Positions 34,290 to 38,166 of a stretch of 38,166 bases of DNA are shown one piece after another. Both the position numbers and the translations under genes were made by a program. The DNA is from a virus. Its lineage: Duplodnaviria > Caudoviricetes. Position 1 is the stretch's first letter. The number at the start of each line of letters is the position of its first letter. The notes under the pieces were generated by a model, which saw only the letters and a program-made list of their open reading frames with translations, made no database searches and had not been told where the DNA came from. The DNA is taken from positions 1 to 38,166 of IMG/VR virus record IMGVR_UViG_3300027987_000314, one strand, 5' to 3'.

Positions 34290-34315
34290 ATGGCGTAAGG
34301 TGTTTTACTAGTTGC

Positions 34316-34603
34316 ATGACGACGATGAAGAGCCTCACCCCCGCAGCCCAGGCGGCGATCGAATCCCTGTCCTGGCAGCACCGGGAGGCCGCGCTTGACC
34401 TGCTGGACATCGCACGGGGCCGGCAGGCGACACGCACCTATGGCGCGCAGTTGATCGTCCGCCTCGGTCTCGCCGGACAGGACCCGACCACCGGCAGGCA
34501 CTTCATCACTTCGGCGGGCGCCGCGTACCTACAGGGCGTTTTCGCTCCGGCCCCGAAGCAGCCGGGTGTCGACGAGCTGGTCACCGTAACGGTGTCGCTG
34601 TGA
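34316..34603 (+). CDS. Hypothetical protein (95 aa, possible winged helix)
   Basis: Likely leaderless start at ATG 34316; LIVRLGLA...HFITSAGAAYL. Confidence 0.65.
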   Translation: MTTMKSLTPAAQAAIESLSWQHREAALDLLDIARGRQATRTYGAQLIVRLGLAGQDPTTGRHFITSAGAAYLQGVFAPAPKQPGVDELVTVTVSL

Positions 34604-34848
34604 CGGACCAGGCCGATCCGGACCTTCAACTGGATCGAGCAGCCCTGGCCCTGGCTGCCGGAAGGGAACATCTGCGCAGGGGGCGCGAGTCCGCGATCGA
34701 GATCCTTCCCCGGGCTGTGGAGAAGCACGGAAAAGCCGCCGTGGCAAGAATTCTGGCGATCTCCAGGCCGACACTGGACGCTTGGCTACGGGAAGCAAGA
34801 GAGATCAACGAGCGAGGTGAGCAAATTACGCAAGGTCACTCCGAGTGA
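34600..34848 (+). CDS. HTH DNA-binding protein
   Basis: GKAAVARILAISRPTLDAWLREA; GTGA overlap with the upstream gene. Confidence 0.78.
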   Translation: MTDQADPDLQLDRAALALAAGREHLRRGRESAIEILPRAVEKHGKAAVARILAISRPTLDAWLREAREINERGEQITQGHSE

Positions 34849-34936
34849 CACCTGCATTACAACGCTGGTCAACTTCACCATCATGGCGATGCTCTTCACC
34901 ATCTTCGCAGTCTGGGGAGTGGGGATCATCCGATGA
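34817..34936 (+). CDS. Small membrane peptide (39 aa)
   Basis: Manual translation MSKLRKVTPSDTCITTLVNFTIMAMLFTIFAVWGVGIIR. Confidence 0.4.
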   Translation: MSKLRKVTPSDTCITTLVNFTIMAMLFTIFAVWGVGIIR

Positions 34937-34980
34937 CAGTGGCCCCGGTCCGGTGAGTGTCGGACTGGGGCCACTGTCAT
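34933..34980 (+). terminator. Hairpin upstream of the exonuclease gene
   Basis: ATGACAGTGGCCCC / GGGGCCACTGTCAT plus an inner stem. Confidence 0.6.
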
Positions 34981-35052
34981 ACCATGCCATAGGTGTACAC
35001 TGTCCGGTGATAGAACCGACCGGGCAGAGGCTGGGCGAGATGAGGAGATGGG

Positions 35053-36717
35053 ATGGGGTTCGACATCGGAGATATTTCCGCTCCGGACCGGGGCGCGACC
35101 GACGAGGCCACCGGGATCGGGGTGGACCGGTTCGGGCGGTACCGACTACCGGTGCCACCTACGGATCGTAACGCCGGCGTTACCGCGGCGGGCGGCCCGC
35201 TACGGTCCTACAGCCGGGCGACCACGATCTCCAGTTCGATGGAGTATCGCGGGAATTTGGAGGCGTGGACCCTGCGGGAGACGGTCCACGGCGTCAGCCT
35301 ACGGCCGGACCTGGTACTCAAGGCCCAGGGGAGCGGCGACGACCGTAGGGCTCTGGATGAGGTCGTCGCCGAGGCCCAGGCGGTCTCAGGCATGCACAAG
35401 GGCCGCAATGCGGGCACCGGCATGCACGGAGTCACCACCGAGGTTGACAACTTGCTGACACAGGGCAATGAACGGTCGGCCGAGGTGTGGTCGGCAATTG
35501 AAAGTCTGGCCGACTTGGCCCCAGTCAAGTATCGCGGTGACGTGCTGGCCTACGCGCGGCTGGCCGCCGAGGTCCGGATCCGCCCCCCGACGGACGGTGG
35601 TAAGGCGGACGAGCTAATCGTGGTCCATCCGGATCTCATGATTGCCGGTCGGTTCGACAAGGTCCGGATAATCGATAGCGAGCTGGTCATCGTGGACGCG
35701 AAGACGCAGAAGGATGAGCCCGGAAAGTACGGACAGTTGCCCATCGCGATGCAGCTGGCCATCTATGCACATGCGCCGTGGATCTACGACGACACCAACC
35801 CAGCGGCGCCGTGCTGGCGCCCGGCATACCCGGTCAGCAAGCGTGTGGCTTACGTAATCTGGCTGCCGTCCGGAACGGGCCGTGCCAAGTTGATCAAGGT
35901 CGATATTGCCCGGGCGTGGCTCTGGGTCGAAACCGCGATGAAGGTCCGGGAATCCAGGAACGTGAAGGACCTGTACTTCCCCTTCGCCGAGATCACGGTC
36001 CCGGACCCGGTGAGTGTCGAGGCGCCCTCGACTCCGACTCAGGATCCCGCACCGATGTCACAGCCGGCCTCGGACCCGGTAAGCGTCGAGGCGCCCCCGA
36101 CCCCGACTCAGGATCCCGCACCGACGCCACAGCCGGGACCGGGCGGGATCATCCCGGCGGTCAAGGTTGCCGGATCGGCGAAGCCGAAGGCTGGCGGGCG
36201 CCGGTGCGGCAAGTGCGGGGGGACCGGTCACAACGCCCGTACCTGCTCGGGTGGCCAACAACAGCCCTGCGCGCACACCCATGGATGGAGACGGGATCCC
36301 GAGAGCGAGATGTGGGTATGTGCGGGCTGTGGAGCGCCCGGGGTTGACCCCCGCATGACGATGGGCGGCGATCCCGCAGCGGATATGCCGGCACCGCGCA
36401 GCCCCGGACCTGATGGTGCCGTGCAGGTACTGCGCGAGGCCACCCCGACCCCGACCCCGACCCCGACCCCGGCTCCGGCTACGCCGTGGCAACAGCCCGA
36501 GTCGAGCCCCGATCCCGACGAGATCCCGCCGGAGCGGATCCCGCCGGGCCTTGAGGACCAGCAGTTGCCGGTCCTTAGGGAGATCCTCGGGGCGAAGACG
36601 GCGGACGACCTGACCAAGATTTATGACGCGGCCACGCGATCCGGGCTCTGGAGTGCCGTTCTGATGGAGCCGGCACAGAGCCGGTACCTGGAGTTGACAC
36701 AAGAAATCACCTCTTGA
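35053..36717 (+). CDS. PD-(D/E)XK exonuclease (Cas4/RecE-like) with a Pro-rich tail and Zn motifs
   Basis: AGTGMH, IAGRFDKV...IVDAKT and MQLAIYA motifs; C-terminal CGKCGGTGHNARTC. Confidence 0.85.
   Translation: MGFDIGDISAPDRGATDEATGIGVDRFGRYRLPVPPTDRNAGVTAAGGPLRSYSRATTISSSMEYRGNLEAWTLRETVHGVSLRPDLVLKAQGSGDDRRALDEVVAEAQAVSGMHKGRNAGTGMHGVTTEVDNLLTQGNERSAEVWSAIESLADLAPVKYRGDVLAYARLAAEVRIRPPTDGGKADELIVVHPDLMIAGRFDKVRIIDSELVIVDAKTQKDEPGKYGQLPIAMQLAIYAHAPWIYDDTNPAAPCWRPAYPVSKRVAYVIWLPSGTGRAKLIKVDIARAWLWVETAMKVRESRNVKDLYFPFAEITVPDPVSVEAPSTPTQDPAPMSQPASDPVSVEAPPTPTQDPAPTPQPGPGGIIPAVKVAGSAKPKAGGRRCGKCGGTGHNARTCSGGQQQPCAHTHGWRRDPESEMWVCAGCGAPGVDPRMTMGGDPAADMPAPRSPGPDGAVQVLREATPTPTPTPTPAPATPWQQPESSPDPDEIPPERIPPGLEDQQLPVLREILGAKTADDLTKIYDAATRSGLWSAVLMEPAQSRYLELTQEITS
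36002..36136 (+). repeat. In-frame tandem duplication with a 69-bp period
   Basis: DPVSVEAP(S/P)TPTQDPAP x2; also (ACCCCG)5 at 36442-36471. Confidence 0.85.
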
Positions 36718-36742
36718 CGTCAGTGGCGATCTGCGGCAACCT
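36717..36742 (+). promoter_or_regulatory. Conserved 26-bp element (partner of 14369-14394)
   Basis: ACGTCAGTGGCGATCTGCGGCAACCT. Confidence 0.65.
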
Positions 36743-36743
36743 A

Positions 36744-36856
36744 TTGGAAGTAGCCCCCAACGGGTGACGGAGAAGGCACCCCGTCGGGGGCTACTTCCAA
36801 GACCCCGGCGCCCAGCAGCCCATCCGTGCCAGTGTTGTTCTGGCTGGGCGCCGGTC
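36744..36856 (+). other. Two adjacent long hairpins in an intergenic leader
   Basis: 15-bp stem 36744-36758/36786-36800, then a 12-bp stem CCGGCGCCCAGC/GCTGGGCGCCGG. Confidence 0.6.
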
Positions 36857-36900
36857 ATCACAGAACAGAATCGAACAGAATGAATGAGAGGAGATAGAGA

Positions 36901-37452
36901 ATGGGATTGTGGGATGAGGAGGTCGCTCCGGCGCGATCCGGGTTCCTCAGGTTCGTCGACTTCTTTCAGGACCCGGACAACATCCGCCCCGGCGAGATCG
37001 GCAGACTCCTGCTGATCTCACCGCTCGTCAGTGGTGAGCGGGAGTCGACCCTGCAGGGGCAGCAGGGCAAGCTGTACCCCTGGGTGGAGTGCGATATCGC
37101 CGTTCTGGACGGGCCGGTTTCTGAAATAATCGAGGAGGTCCCCTTCGTCTATGAGGGATTCCAGTTCTCGGGGGCGACCCTGACCGGCATCCTGATGCCG
37201 AAGCTGAGGACGGGGGGAACCGTCCTGGGACGTGCTTCCGCTCACAAGTCGAAGGGTTTCAACACCTTGGGCTGGGGATTGGAAAAGCCGACTCCGGCCG
37301 ACTTCGAAATGGCCAAGACCTTTCAGCGCACCATGCAGGAGCGTGAGCGGGCCAAAGAGCAGGCGACGATCCGGGCCCAGCAGGCCGATGACCCCCGGTC
37401 AGGTCCGTCCGGCGACGAACAGGCAGCAGCCCTGCCATGGGCACGGCGATGA
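36901..37452 (+). CDS. Putative ssDNA-binding / recombination-associated protein
   Basis: 183 aa; strong SD; follows the exonuclease; beta-rich core with a flexible tail ending LPWARR. The function is inferred from context only. Confidence 0.5.
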   Translation: MGLWDEEVAPARSGFLRFVDFFQDPDNIRPGEIGRLLLISPLVSGERESTLQGQQGKLYPWVECDIAVLDGPVSEIIEEVPFVYEGFQFSGATLTGILMPKLRTGGTVLGRASAHKSKGFNTLGWGLEKPTPADFEMAKTFQRTMQERERAKEQATIRAQQADDPRSGPSGDEQAAALPWARR

Positions 37453-37605
37453 CCATGTGCGAGCTGGTCCGCCCGGTTGCCCGGCACACCATTGCCGGGG
37501 TGGCCAGTCCGATCTATGACCAGCTCGTTGCCGAATATGGTGCTCCAGGTTCGGGAGAGTGCAACATTGCGCCCCCATGCAGGGGCGAGATCATGGAGGA
37601 ATTCA

Positions 37606-37800
37606 ATGTTGACACAGGAGTGGAAGAAATCGAGCCGGTCAAGCGAGGCGAACTTCTGCGTAAAGGTTCGCAGGACTGATGCCGGATCTGTCGTCGTCGG
37701 TGACACGAAGACCGACGAGGCCGAGCTGTACTTCAGCCCGGCCGAATGGTTCGCCTTCATCGGCGGGGTGAAGGACGGGGAATTCGACCTCCCCGCCTGA
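37606..37800 (+). CDS. DUF397 (BldB/AbaA-like) protein
   Basis: WKKSSRS...CVKV...VGDTK...LYFSPAEWFAFIGGVKDGEFD; SD GGAGGA before ATG 37606. Confidence 0.88.
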   Translation: MLTQEWKKSSRSSEANFCVKVRRTDAGSVVVGDTKTDEAELYFSPAEWFAFIGGVKDGEFDLPA

Positions 37801-37801
37801 T

Positions 37802-37861
37802 CCCGGACACACAGCGACCCCCGCCGCTCCGACCCACGGCGGGGGTCGCTGTGTGTCCGGG
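37802..37861. terminator. Bidirectional terminator between the convergent arms
   Basis: 25-bp perfect stem filling the gap between the stops at 37800 and 37863. Confidence 0.85.
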
Positions 37862-37862
37862 G

Positions 37863-38166
37863 TCAGGCGGGGGTCCGTCGCGGGTTCACCCTGACGGCCT
37901 GGTCCGGCTTGATCGGGTCGTGCACGATGGTGAAACCAGCCTCCAACTGTTCGGACGTTGCCTCCCAGGCAACCCCGCCGAGTTCGGTGATCTCATCCAC
38001 GGCTTCCTCGTACGGACCCATGATCGGTGCTGCGTACCGGTCGGCGGCACCGAACCAGGTGACCCAATAGCCCTGACGGTTACCCGCCCCCACCCTGACG
38101 ACCCGCACCTTCATGTCCTCATCCTCCTCGTCGATGTCATGCGTCCCGGCCTTTCGGTCGCCGATG
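37863..38166 (-). CDS. Endolysin 3' part (C-terminal domain)
   Basis: In frame with 1-707 across the circular join (867 nt in total). Confidence 0.8.
   Translation of the reverse strand, partial: IGDRKAGTHDIDEEDEDMKVRVVRVGAGNRQGYWVTWFGAADRYAAPIMGPYEEAVDEITELGGVAWEATSEQLEAGFTIVHDPIKPDQAVRVNPRRTPA
38023..38166. repeat. Terminal direct repeat, right copy
   Basis: Identical to 1-144. Confidence 0.95.

Noticed and set aside
37437-37679. 80-aa ORF between the putative SSB and DUF397 genes
   Set aside because: It has an ATGA overlap at 37449 but runs 74 nt into the DUF397 gene and has no recognisable motif. It is possible but not supportable.
38023-38166. 144-bp repeat as physical terminal repeats of the virion DNA
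   Set aside because: It falls in the middle of the endolysin gene, so it is most simply an assembly overlap of a circular or permuted genome. Read-end analysis would be needed to define the true termini.

Overview
The window is an apparently complete, high-GC tailed phage genome (siphovirus-type, actinobacterial host inferred). Bases 38023-38166 repeat bases 1-144, giving a circle of about 38,022 bp. The minus strand (28.9 kb down to 1, wrapping to 37.86 kb) carries an HTH gene, a Prim-Pol/helicase followed by an iteron-type origin, TerS, and an accessory block with a pentapeptide-repeat gene array and RusA. It continues with TerL, portal, MuF-like, ClpP protease, HK97-type capsid, neck, tail, holin and an amidase endolysin that spans the join. 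The plus strand (28.9-37.8 kb) carries SPFH, a beta-clamp-like protein, an SF2 helicase, HTH, a PD-(D/E)XK exonuclease, a putative SSB and DUF397. I saw no integrase, partition genes, tRNA or CRISPR. Three features stand out. (1) Three tandem pentapeptide-repeat genes each have their own copy of a leaderless promoter, plus out-of-frame repeat segments. (2) A tandem 10-bp direct-repeat motif (about TYGYCAYNGN x2) recurs at module starts across the genome. (3) Several accessory genes are bracketed by duplicated promoter or 5'-end sequence, like cassettes. All protein assignments come from motif recognition by eye, not database searches.
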